Notes: generated from the letters alone by a model not told the origin. DNA of 64,000 bases from an uncultured virus (IMG/VR IMGVR_UViG_3300037067_014663) (IMGVR_UViG_3300037067_014663), one strand, 5' to 3'; counted from the stretch's first letter, positions 29,639 to 39,801 are shown. Translations and numbers: made by a program.

Positions 29639-31221
29639 TATGTTATCCTCCTTGCAATTCTTTTAGCTACTAAGTGATTAAAAGCCCCACTCCCAGCATC
29701 AATTTGATCCTTGTATTTCCCATACGGGAAAAACCGATATTCTTTTATAAAAGCATCATTCCATACACCCCGTTGTAAAAACACATTTCCATTATTTACC
29801 TGTACAGAATATGGAATAGCTCGTGTTTCTTTATCCCCTGTCGGCCTTTCTGCATAAATAGCAAATCCTGCCAAATTTCTTATAGTCCCTTCTGAACTTT
29901 CTTTGCCACTACTGCCTGGCTCTTGCTCAATCCACACAAATACATTATACCCATCCGCCTCCGCAGTCTCTCTTATTATTCTTTCACGTAAATCGGTACT
30001 CCATTGCCCTCTTTTAACATCCAAAACCAAAAACCTGTTATCAGATAATTTTGCCATTTTAACGCCCGCAGTATAACAACCCTTGCCTTGGGAACCTGCT
30101 TTATCCCAATACCGGAGAACTTGTACCTGACGAACACCTAATGGCAAAGAATCGATTATCTGGAAATGGTCAACATGGAACATGCCTCCACCTGGAGGAA
30201 CAGGATTTTGTCCTATTTGACCAGAAAAACCATATTGGCCCAAATCTGTTTCCAGATCCTTTAATGCTTTCCAAGATAAACGAACAGGGTCCAACAAATC
30301 ATCTACATAATAATCTTTTAATAATTTTCCTTTGTACTCTTCATTTTCAGGTTGTAATTGTTCCCGAAATGTTCTAATCTCTCCGGGCAAACTAATATGT
30401 TTTAAATTTTCTTTCTTTTTATCTAGCAAATGCCCACTTGGATCATCCTGATGTAATCTTTGCATCACAATAATCTTTGTAGATGCTTCTTTATCCGTAG
30501 TACGTGTGGGAAGTGTTTCATCAATCCACCTATTAGCATTTGCCAATTCTTTTTCTGATACGGCTTCGTATGGATTAAGTGGATCATCTATTATTAAAAT
30601 ATCCCCGTGGAACCCTGCCAAAGTACCCCCTACGGAAGTTGAAAACCTATTACCACCAACTTTGATCCTCGGTGCTTGCCCCGCTTTAATAAATTCTTTA
30701 GTAACTACCTTATAATTACTTTTTTGATCTTTGTCCTCCTTAATCTCTACGTCAGGATAAATCAATTTAAACTTATCACTTCGGATTAAATCACGACTAT
30801 ACTCGGCAGCTTCCAAAGATAATGCAGCAGAATATGAAGCTGTAATAAATCTCATCCACGACCATTTGGTCCAACACCAAACCGGAAATGCTATACTACA
30901 TACCAAAGTTTTTGTCATGCCGGGAGGCTCATTGATAATCAAATCATGTTCCTTTGGTAATCTTTTACTAACTTGGTAAGCAATTTGCTCCAATTGACTG
31001 CATAAATACGGAATGTGCCAATTCCCCTGGAATGGTTTTTGAGAAACTTCATTCCAGAAACAACGAAGGAAATTATATAGTGAAGCATCATTTAATTTGC
31101 GCAATGACTGGACAGGATTTTCCAGGGCCATTTTAATAATAGCGTCCCGATCCTCAGAACGGAAAGTTTTGTTTTCCTTTCTTGGATTAATCTTTTTGCT
31201 TATTGTAATTTCCCGCCCCAT
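29638..31221 (-). CDS. terL: Terminase large subunit
   Basis: IINEPPGMTKT (Walker A variant), ILIIDDP, MQRLHQDD, YWDKA, IEQEPGSSGK, KDQIDA. Confidence 0.95.
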   Translation of the reverse strand: MGREITISKKINPRKENKTFRSEDRDAIIKMALENPVQSLRKLNDASLYNFLRCFWNEVSQKPFQGNWHIPYLCSQLEQIAYQVSKRLPKEHDLIINEPPGMTKTLVCSIAFPVWCWTKWSWMRFITASYSAALSLEAAEYSRDLIRSDKFKLIYPDVEIKEDKDQKSNYKVVTKEFIKAGQAPRIKVGGNRFSTSVGGTLAGFHGDILIIDDPLNPYEAVSEKELANANRWIDETLPTRTTDKEASTKIIVMQRLHQDDPSGHLLDKKKENLKHISLPGEIRTFREQLQPENEEYKGKLLKDYYVDDLLDPVRLSWKALKDLETDLGQYGFSGQIGQNPVPPGGGMFHVDHFQIIDSLPLGVRQVQVLRYWDKAGSQGKGCYTAGVKMAKLSDNRFLVLDVKRGQWSTDLRERIIRETAEADGYNVFVWIEQEPGSSGKESSEGTIRNLAGFAIYAERPTGDKETRAIPYSVQVNNGNVFLQRGVWNDAFIKEYRFFPYGKYKDQIDAGSGAFNHLVAKRIARRIT

Positions 31222-31238
31222 TTTTTATGTCTTCAAAG

Positions 31239-31275
31239 AAGCTATTTTGATTTTAAAATTGCTTTTGACTTAGTG
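31239..31275 (-). repeat. Dispersed 37-bp palindromic element, copy 3 (upstream of terL)
   Basis: Minus strand CACTAAGTCAAAAGCAATTTTAAAATCAAAATAGCTT; identical to the 50973 copy. Confidence 0.9.
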
Positions 31276-31376
31276 TACCAACAGTTTCAAGTTTTTCAAC
31301 TTTAAAGTTTATGGTCGAATTTGTATAATAATTCAAAAATATTATCCAATTTGTAACTGTATATTCCCATTTCATC

Positions 31377-31541
31377 TCAATTCATTTTATTTTTAATATT
31401 AAAAAGCCAAAACTCAAAATTATCTTGATATTCTGTAGTATTATCCGGAGACATATTAAAACTATGTTCAATACACCATCCTATATACTCTATTTTGAGA
31501 ATATCAAAAGAAATTGTATATAATAATTTAGCAATATCCAT
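31377..31541 (-). CDS. Small hypothetical protein (54 aa, below the track cut-off)
   Basis: MDIAKLLYTISFDILKIEYIGWCIEHSF...; co-oriented with the operon. Confidence 0.45.
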   Translation of the reverse strand: MDIAKLLYTISFDILKIEYIGWCIEHSFNMSPDNTTEYQDNFEFWLFNIKNKMN

Positions 31542-32478
31542 ATTCTCCTATTTTTCTTTTCATAAAGTATGGTTGTGAATAATATATTTTAATATCTTCT
31601 CTTAATTGAAAAATGAAAGAACCAAGTGTTTTTATTAAATCATCTATAAAATTGGTTTTCTCAAATAATTTTTTATAAAATTTTTTTGGGCCGATGTGTA
31701 TATAAGTATATAGAAAAAGGAGTAGGGTTAAATAAAGAAAATGGAAAATGCTGTTCGGTAAAGAATAAAAAATAGTCCGTATAGTATATATAGAAGAAAT
31801 AAACATACGTATATATGTACGGATAGAAAAATATTTATGTGCATAAGTAATAAAAGAGAAATATCTATGTGTATATATAGGGATGGAAAAAGATCCCCAG
31901 AAAAGGTTTTTTGGAAAAAAATTTTGTCGTAATGAGAGGTCACGTTCACCCCCCCTTTTACTTTTCAAATCCGTCGAATAGGATTGACCTGAAACACTCG
32001 CTATCACTTGATTGCATGCTATTCTCTGCCCTCTTGTCATGCTATTATACACATGAGTTATATCAATACATCTATATAAAGACTGTATAAAATACGCTGT
32101 AGTCCAGTAACCACGTGAAATACTATTTAACATAATATAGATTATGTGACAAATACACGTATAAAGAGTGTGTTTTGTTATGTTTGTTATACTGTACTGT
32201 GTATCAATGTTATGTAACTGTAGAAAATGGTTCTGGAAACGTTTGTGAGTACGTCGGTCACTTTCACAACCCCTTACCCCCCTTTTTGCATCTTTATTCA
32301 TTCTCTTTACTATACTATACGTATATGTTACACTACTATACACTACCCTCTGTACTGTCCTATCCATGCAGGTTGTAAAAGTACTACTAATAACATGTGA
32401 TATATTGATTACTATACTATATATATATATATGTACTAATTGTTTTAATGATCCGTTTATTGTTTCTTTTTTAAACAT
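31528..32478 (-). other. terS-terL spacer with an atypical 316-codon open frame; candidate packaging-site region
   Basis: TA/CA-rich sequence with C-runs; the translation is Tyr/Ile/Thr/Ser-rich and not protein-like. Confidence 0.4.
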
Positions 32479-32484
32479 ACCCTT

Positions 32485-33081
32485 TTAATTCCTTTTTGTT
32501 TTACCCTCTTCTAATTGTTTTAATCCCACGCTAAAAAGAATATCTTGTTCGTTCTGGTTTAATTCATCCAATGGAATGTCTTCAACTTTTCTTAATCCTA
32601 AAATTCCCGTGTGTTTTACTTCGCTTGTATCTGACCAGGTGCCCCTCTGCCTATTGATTAACCAAAATTTTTGTGATACCGGGTTGGGTGGATAATACTT
32701 TTTAACCTTTTTTTCGATTATTTGACCTCTATATATGAATACTTGCGTTTCTTCTTTATAAAATCCTATTGCGTTCGCCCTGGTGCTGTTTACGACTTCT
32801 AAATCTGCTTTTTCTCTTGCCTCTAAAATTGCTTCTTTCCATTCTGGCATGATATCCAGCCAATTATAAAATGTTTTTCTTTCTACGTTTAAATATGAGG
32901 CAATCTGCTCCATTGTAGCTCCTAAGGCATAGTAGTTACATGCTGCCTCTCTCATCCACTCCTCATACTTTGTTTTTGTTCTTATAAGATTGGAATGATT
33001 TTGTATTCTTAACCGTTCAATATCTTTTAATAAAGGTGGGTTCATATCTTTTGGGTGACGTTTTCGTAGCATTTTTTGCAA
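32485..33081 (-). CDS. terS: Terminase small subunit
   Basis: HTH LGATMEQIASYLNVERKTFYNW; ADLEVVNS..AIG; KKYYPPNPVSQKFWLINR. Confidence 0.9.
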   Translation of the reverse strand: MQKMLRKRHPKDMNPPLLKDIERLRIQNHSNLIRTKTKYEEWMREAACNYYALGATMEQIASYLNVERKTFYNWLDIMPEWKEAILEAREKADLEVVNSTRANAIGFYKEETQVFIYRGQIIEKKVKKYYPPNPVSQKFWLINRQRGTWSDTSEVKHTGILGLRKVEDIPLDELNQNEQDILFSVGLKQLEEGKTKRN

Positions 33082-33235
33082 AATTTTGTGAAAAGGTATG
33101 AACTTTGAAATTCAAAGTCAACACATTTTCATTTTATTGTTAATTTTTCTTTACTTATAATGACTTGAGAATAAACAGCAAAGAAATTTATTTTAAACTT
33201 TTTTTAGGTTTTCTAAAAAATAATCTAAAAAAAGC

Positions 33236-33266
33236 TTGCATTTTGCAAATATCTGTTGTATGTTTG
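33236..33266 (+). promoter_or_regulatory. Bacteroidota-type primary-sigma promoter for the early arm
   Basis: TTG (33236-38), 20 nt, TATGTTTG (33259-66) match the -33/-7 consensus. Confidence 0.75.
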
Positions 33267-33578
33267 TATCGGATTTGATTCTGATACTTTTTCGCCTTAG
33301 TCAGATAAAATTGCCCAGGATGGTCTTTGATACTCGAAAACGTTAGGCAAAAGAACAAAAGCGACTGATAAAGAAGCAGATTATAATCAGGGAAGATGTA
33401 TTATCACGTACATACGAGATTATAGATAGTCAATTTAATACATAAAAGAAAATAATATTAGAATATTGAAATAACAGGTAATGCTGATTACTCTTCGATC
33501 ACTTCTAATATTCTTCCCGGCTCAGTTTAGCTGTAAACATTCGATTGTTGGCCGGGATCACATTTAAAACTTAAGATT

Positions 33579-33827
33579 ATGAAAAACTATTATACAACAA
33601 TACAAGGATGTTTCCTTTCTTTCAAATCAAAAGAAGAAGCTGAAAATCTTATCCAAAAAATATCAATTCAATTTAATAAAGAAAAGGATACATGGCTAAT
33701 CAGAATGATAATTTCACAAACTGAGGGTACAATAACAAAAGATTATATAAACGATCTTTTAAGTTTCAACCGGACACAATTAGAATTAATTTTAAATTAT
33801 GCAAAATCAAATAAGCTTTTTTGCTAA
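33579..33827 (+). CDS. Early hypothetical protein
   Basis: First ORF of the right arm, with an AT-rich initiation region. Confidence 0.65.
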   Translation: MKNYYTTIQGCFLSFKSKEEAENLIQKISIQFNKEKDTWLIRMIISQTEGTITKDYINDLLSFNRTQLELILNYAKSNKLFC

Positions 33828-33838
33828 AATCGTTGCAA

Positions 33839-33875
33839 CACTAAGTCAAAAGCTATTTTGATTTCAAAAAAGCTT
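33839..33875 (+). repeat. Dispersed 37-bp palindromic element, copy 4
   Basis: CACTAAGTCAAAAGCTATTTTGATTTCAAAAAAGCTT. Confidence 0.9.
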
Positions 33876-33913
33876 TTTCGTACACTTAATTTATTAACTT
33901 AAAACCATATCTT

Positions 33914-34066
33914 ATGACAACAACACAAAAAATGCTTTTACGTAAAGCACAGATCAATCAGAAATCAAAAAAATCAATGACTTTTGTTATTATCGGAACA
34001 ATCATTGTTTTTGCCCTTGCCTGTATTATGGCTTATAACACATTTGGATTGCAAACACTTTTATAA
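33914..34066 (+). CDS. Small single-TM protein (50 aa)
   Basis: MTTTQKMLLRK..FVIIGTIIVFALACIMAY. Confidence 0.55.
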   Translation: MTTTQKMLLRKAQINQKSKKSMTFVIIGTIIVFALACIMAYNTFGLQTLL

Positions 34067-34074
34067 AATACACC

Positions 34075-34389
34075 ATGAAAACGTGCGTTGAACTTATGAA
34101 AATTGGCATAGGTATTGAACTTCCAGCAAAAGCAGACAATCCAAATTATTGTGTAAACTTTACGAATGCCTCGTTAAATTCTTTTGAACAAAAAATATTT
34201 AAATACGATTACACAAAATTTGGTGTTACTATTAATTCTGTTAATAGTATTAATATTTGCGGTATTATCGGAATTATGTTTAATATTGAAGATCACAACA
34301 TACTAAACATAACAGAATTAAAAAAATTTTTACAAACAAAAGCGAACCAAACAATTAAAATAAAAAACTATGAAAGCAAACCCGAATGA
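34075..34389 (+). CDS. Early hypothetical protein
   Basis: Co-oriented ORF in a tightly packed cluster. Confidence 0.6.
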   Translation: MKTCVELMKIGIGIELPAKADNPNYCVNFTNASLNSFEQKIFKYDYTKFGVTINSVNSINICGIIGIMFNIEDHNILNITELKKFLQTKANQTIKIKNYESKPE

Positions 34390-34624
34390 TAAAATAACAA
34401 TAACATGGCACAAAGACGATGTTATCCAACGTGCTCAGGAAAATCAAAACCTTATAGTAACGGATGAACAAGCCCGTGAAATACTAAAATTAATTGAAAA
34501 AGAATACGACTGCAATTGTGGTATAACTTGGGATACGTTGGACTATTGCACGTCCGAATATTTTGAAGAAAACAACATTAAAATGGAATTTTATGAAAAC
34601 GAATCTGAAAGAATCACTGATTGA
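34370..34624 (+). CDS. Early hypothetical protein
   Basis: ITITWHKDDV..TDEQAREIL..GITWDTL, a recurrent small phage protein pattern. Confidence 0.7.
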   Translation: MKANPNDKITITWHKDDVIQRAQENQNLIVTDEQAREILKLIEKEYDCNCGITWDTLDYCTSEYFEENNIKMEFYENESERITD

Positions 34625-34746
34625 CAAAATACAAAGCATTATACAGTTTAAAAATACAAAGTGCTTAGAATACATGAACGTTGCTCAACTATCTTTTATC
34701 TTAAAAGATTTAGAGTATAACCAGGAATTAAGCAATTAGCACAACA

Positions 34747-34774
34747 CCTCACTATTGAAAAGTAGTGGGGTTTT
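34747..34774 (+). terminator. Intrinsic terminator-like hairpin
   Basis: CCTCACTATT-GAAA-AGTAGTGGGG-TTTT. Confidence 0.65.
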
Positions 34775-34811
34775 CGTAGTAGAAAATAGTATTAACTTAA
34801 AACATATACCA

Positions 34812-35498
34812 ATGGAAACAATAATACAATTAACACCAGAAAAGTTTGAAGAAATCTACACAAATGAACAATTTAGAAATCAAGTTGCTTTCGCTCATGT
34901 TCACACTGATAGTAACAATAATTTTAAATACCGTGCGACCTGTTCTTATCCTGTTAAATATATCGTAACGGATGGGCAAATAGAAAAGGCTAATAAAGAA
35001 TATGAACGTATGAAAAAGATTGTTTTTGAAACACATAAAAATGATCTTTTATTTGTTGGAATGGGGATGACTTATAATGAACGCTATCCTGACGATATTT
35101 GCAACCATAGAATAAGAACGGAATTTTTAAATAGAGAAGGTAAACGTTATTTTGTTGAGTTTGGAACTGGACAAGGCAATCAAATACATTGTGATCATTC
35201 AATAGACTGCGATTTGTTAGACCTGAAAGAAGAAGAAATCACAAAAGTCCGTGAAAAAATGAAAGGTTGTACCGGGTTTGTTTCTATGGAATTAAGAAAA
35301 CAAATGGACGAATCACAAAAACAAAGTTATAACAATTATAAAGGGTTAGAGCGTAAAAGGTTTTCTGAGGTATATTCTAAAACTAACATCTTAAATATTG
35401 TTAATGAAACATTTAACTGTAATTTTAAAGTTATTATCATTGATAATTATAACATCCATTGCGACGACAAACAAATAATATGCATTAGTCCTAAGTAA
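34812..35498 (+). CDS. Early hypothetical protein
   Basis: Long ORF; likely start is ATG 34812 (METIIQL), after the hairpin. Confidence 0.75.
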   Translation: METIIQLTPEKFEEIYTNEQFRNQVAFAHVHTDSNNNFKYRATCSYPVKYIVTDGQIEKANKEYERMKKIVFETHKNDLLFVGMGMTYNERYPDDICNHRIRTEFLNREGKRYFVEFGTGQGNQIHCDHSIDCDLLDLKEEEITKVREKMKGCTGFVSMELRKQMDESQKQSYNNYKGLERKRFSEVYSKTNILNIVNETFNCNFKVIIIDNYNIHCDDKQIICISPK

Positions 35499-35518
35499 TT
35501 AACATTAAATTAAATATT

Positions 35519-35845
35519 ATGAAAACTTATAAAACCGAATGGACAGATAACGACTTTAATAAAATCAACAAGGCAATTCAAAAATACTTTGGCGGTAAAA
35601 CCTTAATAAATCGTAGAAATGAAAATGTTTATTTCCCTGGCAACTTCTATGAGATTGAAAAAATTCTTGGTTTACCCTATACTTCGACTTCTATGTGCCC
35701 TATGATGTCATTGGACTGTAATGTGAATATCTATGCAGATGATTCAAAAAAATATCATTACAGTTACGTTGTTTTAAATGAAGTAAAAGACGTTATTTTA
35801 GTCGCTCGGGATAACGAAGAAAACGAAATTTACTTTAAGGTTTAA
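35519..35845 (+). CDS. Early hypothetical protein
   Basis: 108-aa ORF with an AT-rich start context. Confidence 0.7.
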   Translation: MKTYKTEWTDNDFNKINKAIQKYFGGKTLINRRNENVYFPGNFYEIEKILGLPYTSTSMCPMMSLDCNVNIYADDSKKYHYSYVVLNEVKDVILVARDNEENEIYFKV

Positions 35846-35913
35846 CCAGTCTAAAGTCCATTAAATTGTGATAGCTCCCTTAAACGGGAGTAAACAAACT
35901 TAAACTTACAACA

Positions 35914-36732
35914 ATGAAAACATGGTTACCAATATTTCCAGGATTTTACGGTACTTGGTATGAACCAAACGAAACCGATGAATTTAATTATATTAATGAG
36001 CAAAGAGAATCAATCCATATTGCGCCATTACCTTTTGAAGCTATAAAATGGGATTATGCCGCATACTACAATGAAGTTTCTAAAAATGCCTGTAACTACA
36101 TTGAAAACGTATTAGAAAACTTTGTTACTGCCATTAAATTTGAAGAAATACGTTCTCCAAAGGAATACAATTTTTCAAATGATGCAATAAACATTGAAGT
36201 TGAATTATCTGAAGAAAATATTATTGCAATTAAAACTTTTCTTTTTGATAATATTGAAAACTTCAAAAAGCACATTTCTAAAACTTACACAAGTTACGAC
36301 GGGTTTTTATCTTCTTACAGTAACGACGCAATTGACTGGTTAGACTATATTGACACTAATTTAGAACATAAACACAAATTAGGTTCAATATTACAATTCA
36401 TTTGCTATAAATTAAAAGACAATATCGACGAAATTATGCCCGAATTTACTTTAATGGATGTTTGTTTACAAGCTTCAAATTTTGATGAGTGCACAATATT
36501 TAACTATTGTCCTAACTGTAAGGAATTTTTTGACCCAGCTAACACAAAAGGAAATATTTGCAGTGATTGTTTAGAACAATCTATATTAGACTATAATATT
36601 ATCGTTTGTGCTCATTGCGGCCAAGAAATCACAAATAAATGGGCAAAAAGAGAATTTCAACACAAATTAAAGCATGGTTTTATTAAACCTACTGAAATTT
36701 TTTGTGATTTACACGAATTAATTTTAGCATAA
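35914..36732 (+). CDS. Hypothetical protein with C-terminal Cys-rich (Zn-binding) region
   Basis: PIFPGFY..SPKEYNFSND..TSYDGF; CPNC, CSDC, CAHC. Confidence 0.75.
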   Translation: MKTWLPIFPGFYGTWYEPNETDEFNYINEQRESIHIAPLPFEAIKWDYAAYYNEVSKNACNYIENVLENFVTAIKFEEIRSPKEYNFSNDAINIEVELSEENIIAIKTFLFDNIENFKKHISKTYTSYDGFLSSYSNDAIDWLDYIDTNLEHKHKLGSILQFICYKLKDNIDEIMPEFTLMDVCLQASNFDECTIFNYCPNCKEFFDPANTKGNICSDCLEQSILDYNIIVCAHCGQEITNKWAKREFQHKLKHGFIKPTEIFCDLHELILA

Positions 36733-36750
36733 ATAATAAAACATAGACAA

Positions 36751-36787
36751 CACTAAGCCAAAAGCAGTTTTGGTTTTAAAACTGCTT
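36751..36787 (+). repeat. Dispersed 37-bp palindromic element, copy 5
   Basis: CACTAAGCCAAAAGCAGTTTTGGTTTTAAAACTGCTT. Confidence 0.88.
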
Positions 36788-36818
36788 ACCCGTTACTTTT
36801 AAAAAGGTAACGGGTTTT
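36788..36818 (+). terminator. Intrinsic terminator-like hairpin
   Basis: ACCCGTTACTTTT-AAAAAGGTAACGGGT-TTT. Confidence 0.65.
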
Positions 36819-36853
36819 CATAGTAGAAAATATTAACTAATACATACAATATT

Positions 36854-37120
36854 ATGAAAACAAAAACTATAAATCTATACGAGTTTGATGAACTGTCAAC
36901 AGAAGCGCAAGAAAAAGCTATTTCTGAGCATATTAATTTTGAGATTGCAATAATGACAAATGAAAGTCCTTATTATCATTTAGCTACCGAAATGGAAAAG
37001 ATGAGAACCCCTTGGTTTTTGCCAGAAGTTATTTACGACAAGTGTAAACAGGCAATAATTGAAACAATAAAGGCCAATGAATACACTTTTACCATTGACA
37101 GTAAATTAGAAAACATTTAA
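36854..37120 (+). CDS. Early hypothetical protein
   Basis: LYEFDELSTEAQEKAI..ANEYTFT, a recurrent phage family pattern. Confidence 0.75.
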   Translation: MKTKTINLYEFDELSTEAQEKAISEHINFEIAIMTNESPYYHLATEMEKMRTPWFLPEVIYDKCKQAIIETIKANEYTFTIDSKLENI

Positions 37121-37273
37121 CCTTTAATAACAATATTATGAATAAATTAGCAACAATATTTTTATTAATACTTTTGTTTGTTTTTGTAGTTATGTTACTC
37201 TCATTATTTATATTTCCTATTTTAAATTTTTGGATGTAAATTAAAAATAGTTTGCACATTAAAAGTATTGTGA

Positions 37274-37310
37274 TACTAAGGCAAAAGCAGTTTTGATTTC
37301 AAAATAGCTT
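37274..37310 (+). repeat. Dispersed 37-bp palindromic element, copy 6
   Basis: TACTAAGGCAAAAGCAGTTTTGATTTCAAAATAGCTT. Confidence 0.88.
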
Positions 37311-37375
37311 TTTTTGTACACAAATTATTAAATAAAATATTTCATTGTTGTATAGTTGTTAGTTAGTTGATTTTC

Positions 37376-37408
37376 CCTCGCTACCCGCGACGGGCTGCGA
37401 GGTTTTTT
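37376..37408 (+). terminator. Intrinsic terminator
   Basis: CCTCGC-TA-CCCG-CGA-CGGG-CT-GCGAGG-TTTTTT; a TATCTTTG -7 element follows at 37427-37434. Confidence 0.75.
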
Positions 37409-37459
37409 ATACTTTAATGATATTATTATCTTTGCAAAAATTAATTAAATTCTGATATT

Positions 37460-37678
37460 ATGAAACTGGAAATATTACAAAAATTAAGACAAAGCAAAAG
37501 TATTACCTTATATAAACCTTATATGGATTGTGGAAAATGCTTTTTTAAAATACAGCTAAACAAAACAACTTCTTTTATCTGTTGGCAAAGGTTTGTATCA
37601 AAAGATAAGAAAAATTGGATAAAATTAAACGAATGTTTGTCTTTGAAAGATATTAATTCTATTTTAAGTAAAAACTAA
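37460..37678 (+). CDS. Hypothetical protein
   Basis: 72-aa ORF after a putative promoter. Confidence 0.6.
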   Translation: MKLEILQKLRQSKSITLYKPYMDCGKCFFKIQLNKTTSFICWQRFVSKDKKNWIKLNECLSLKDINSILSKN

Positions 37679-37853
37679 ATACTATGAAAACTATTTATTT
37701 TTTAACGTATAAAAATATTGTTTCCTCTGTTGGCGTATTACCAATATCCGGTTTTGCATTGCCTGAAGCTGATCTAAAATATTTAAAATTTAAAAGATTA
37801 TCCTATTTTGAACTCAAAAGATTAATTGAAAACCCATTTATCAAAAACCAATA

Positions 37854-38246
37854 ATGAAATTACTTGCAAAAGCTTATCCGAACCAATGCTATGAAAATAT
37901 TCAAAGCATTTCAGACATTATTATAGAAGCCCGGTTAACTGACAATAATCAAATTGTTTTTTACGAAACACATTCCAAAAATTTAAATTGGGTTGTGCAG
38001 ATTCAAGAAGAAACTGTAAAAGCTTTGTTTGTTAATTCTGTTATAATAAAAGAACGTCCTTTTCTTTTAAAAGAAAACAAAGACTTCAATATTATTCTTA
38101 ACCGAAACAAAAAACATTACATAGAAGCTTTTGAAAACCTAAAATTAAAAACAAATGCAATCCCCTCGGTACATCGAAAAATCAAAAATTTATCAAAGAA
38201 CGGTATTCAAAACAGCAAAATTAACGGAGTACATAGAAAGCGGTAA
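37854..38246 (+). CDS. Hypothetical protein
   Basis: 130-aa ORF overlapping the helicase start. Confidence 0.55.
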   Translation: MKLLAKAYPNQCYENIQSISDIIIEARLTDNNQIVFYETHSKNLNWVVQIQEETVKALFVNSVIIKERPFLLKENKDFNIILNRNKKHYIEAFENLKLKTNAIPSVHRKIKNLSKNGIQNSKINGVHRKR

Positions 38247-39795
38247 AGGAGCAATATTATTAAAATTCCCTTTTGACAATGAAACGTTAAATTTTGTCCG
38301 TTCTATTAAAGATAGACAATACAACAAAGAAAAAAATTATTGGACTTGTCCGTTATTAAAAGAAACTATTGAAAAATTAAAGTCATTCGGTTTTAAATTG
38401 GATGAACAGTTAGAAGATTATATTTACAAGCCAATCAACCTTTACCCGGATATTAAGCAAATTGAAATTCCTGGGTTAAAAGGAATATTAAGGCCATTTC
38501 AAAACATAGGTGTTGCAATTACTGATAAATTAAATGGTAATGCCTTAATCGCGGATGAACAAGGTCTCGGCAAAACCGTAGAAAGTTTATCCTATTTACA
38601 ATTACATCCTGAACACAGGCCCGTTATTATTGTAGCCCCCTCCTGCGTAAAATTAAAGTGGGCCAAAGAAGCCCACGATTGGTTGGTTAGGGCCAAAGTT
38701 CAGATATTATCAGGAGAAACCCAGGCCAAAATTTACGGAGAGATTGTTATTATCAACTATGATATTTTGCAATATTGGGTCAAAAGCTTGCAAAATTTAA
38801 ACGCAAAGGTATTAATCTGTGATGAATGTCATTTTCTGAAAAACAATTTAGCTAAGCGCACCAAATCGCTAAATAAAATAGCAAGAGGCATTCCACATAT
38901 TATAGGTTTAACCGGAACACCAATTGAAAACAGACCAATCGAAATTTATAATATATGGCATTTAATAGACCCAATTGGTTGCCCGGACTATTTTGATTTT
39001 GGATTAAAATTCTGTGATGGGAAATTTAAAAATAATAAGTGGGATTTCTCTGGAAGTTCAAACGAAAAAGAACTGCACAATAAACTTGTAAGTTCTATAA
39101 TGATCCGTCGGCTTAAAAAAGATGTGTTGCCAGAATTACCGGATAAAATTTATTCTCATGAACCAATTGAACTGAGCAATTTAGAAGAATATAATTTTGC
39201 CCATGAAGATTTTATTAGGTGCGTAACCGGACAAGAAAAAACCAGTATTAAAAAGATTTACAGCAAAATTGAAAATTTAAAACAATTGGCTGTAATGGGA
39301 AAATTAAAACAATCTTTTGATTGGATTGATAATTTTATCGAAACGGATGAAAAACTTGTTATTTACGCTCACCATAAGTTTTTAGTAGATGAACTAATGA
39401 AGCGATATAAAAACATAGCTCGTAAAATAGATGGTTCTGTCTCTGCTATTAAAAGAGAAGAAGCTTCGGAAGAATTTTATAACAACCCAAAAATAAAATT
39501 ATTTATTATCAGTGAAGCTGGCGGGGTTGGTATTAATTTGACCATTGCCAGCCACGTTGCAATATTAGAACTGCCCTGGAATAAATCTGTTTTAGAACAA
39601 ATTATTGATAGGTTGCACCGATTCGGACAATTAAAGTGTGTAAACATTTATTATCTTTTAGCTGCCGGAACAATTGAAGAAAAAATTGCAAACATCATTG
39701 ACAGAAAATATCGAATGACAAGTGCCATTATTGACGGGAAAGCTGTTCCCTCAGAAGATTTATTAACGGAACTAATTAAACAATATTTAAACTAA
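38155..39795 (+). CDS. SNF2-family (SMARCAL1/HARP-like) helicase
   Basis: LIADEQGLGKT, ICDECH, LTGTPIEN, IRRLKKDV, GGVGINLT, QIIDRLHRFGQ; HARP-like N-terminus. Confidence 0.92.
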   Translation: MQSPRYIEKSKIYQRTVFKTAKLTEYIESGKGAILLKFPFDNETLNFVRSIKDRQYNKEKNYWTCPLLKETIEKLKSFGFKLDEQLEDYIYKPINLYPDIKQIEIPGLKGILRPFQNIGVAITDKLNGNALIADEQGLGKTVESLSYLQLHPEHRPVIIVAPSCVKLKWAKEAHDWLVRAKVQILSGETQAKIYGEIVIINYDILQYWVKSLQNLNAKVLICDECHFLKNNLAKRTKSLNKIARGIPHIIGLTGTPIENRPIEIYNIWHLIDPIGCPDYFDFGLKFCDGKFKNNKWDFSGSSNEKELHNKLVSSIMIRRLKKDVLPELPDKIYSHEPIELSNLEEYNFAHEDFIRCVTGQEKTSIKKIYSKIENLKQLAVMGKLKQSFDWIDNFIETDEKLVIYAHHKFLVDELMKRYKNIARKIDGSVSAIKREEASEEFYNNPKIKLFIISEAGGVGINLTIASHVAILELPWNKSVLEQIIDRLHRFGQLKCVNIYYLLAAGTIEEKIANIIDRKYRMTSAIIDGKAVPSEDLLTELIKQYLN

Positions 39796-39801
39796 AATAC
39801 A

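Noticed and set aside
1622..30715. Plus-strand ORFs opposite the structural genes (and minus-strand ORFs in the right arm)
   Set aside because: Antisense shadows of long genes with no recognisable motifs.
33102..33118. Palindrome ACTTTGAAATTCAAAGT upstream of terS as another copy of the dispersed element
   Set aside because: Different spacing, no AAGC/GCTT arms and no CACTAAG flank; possibly a separate operator, but a single instance cannot support a call.
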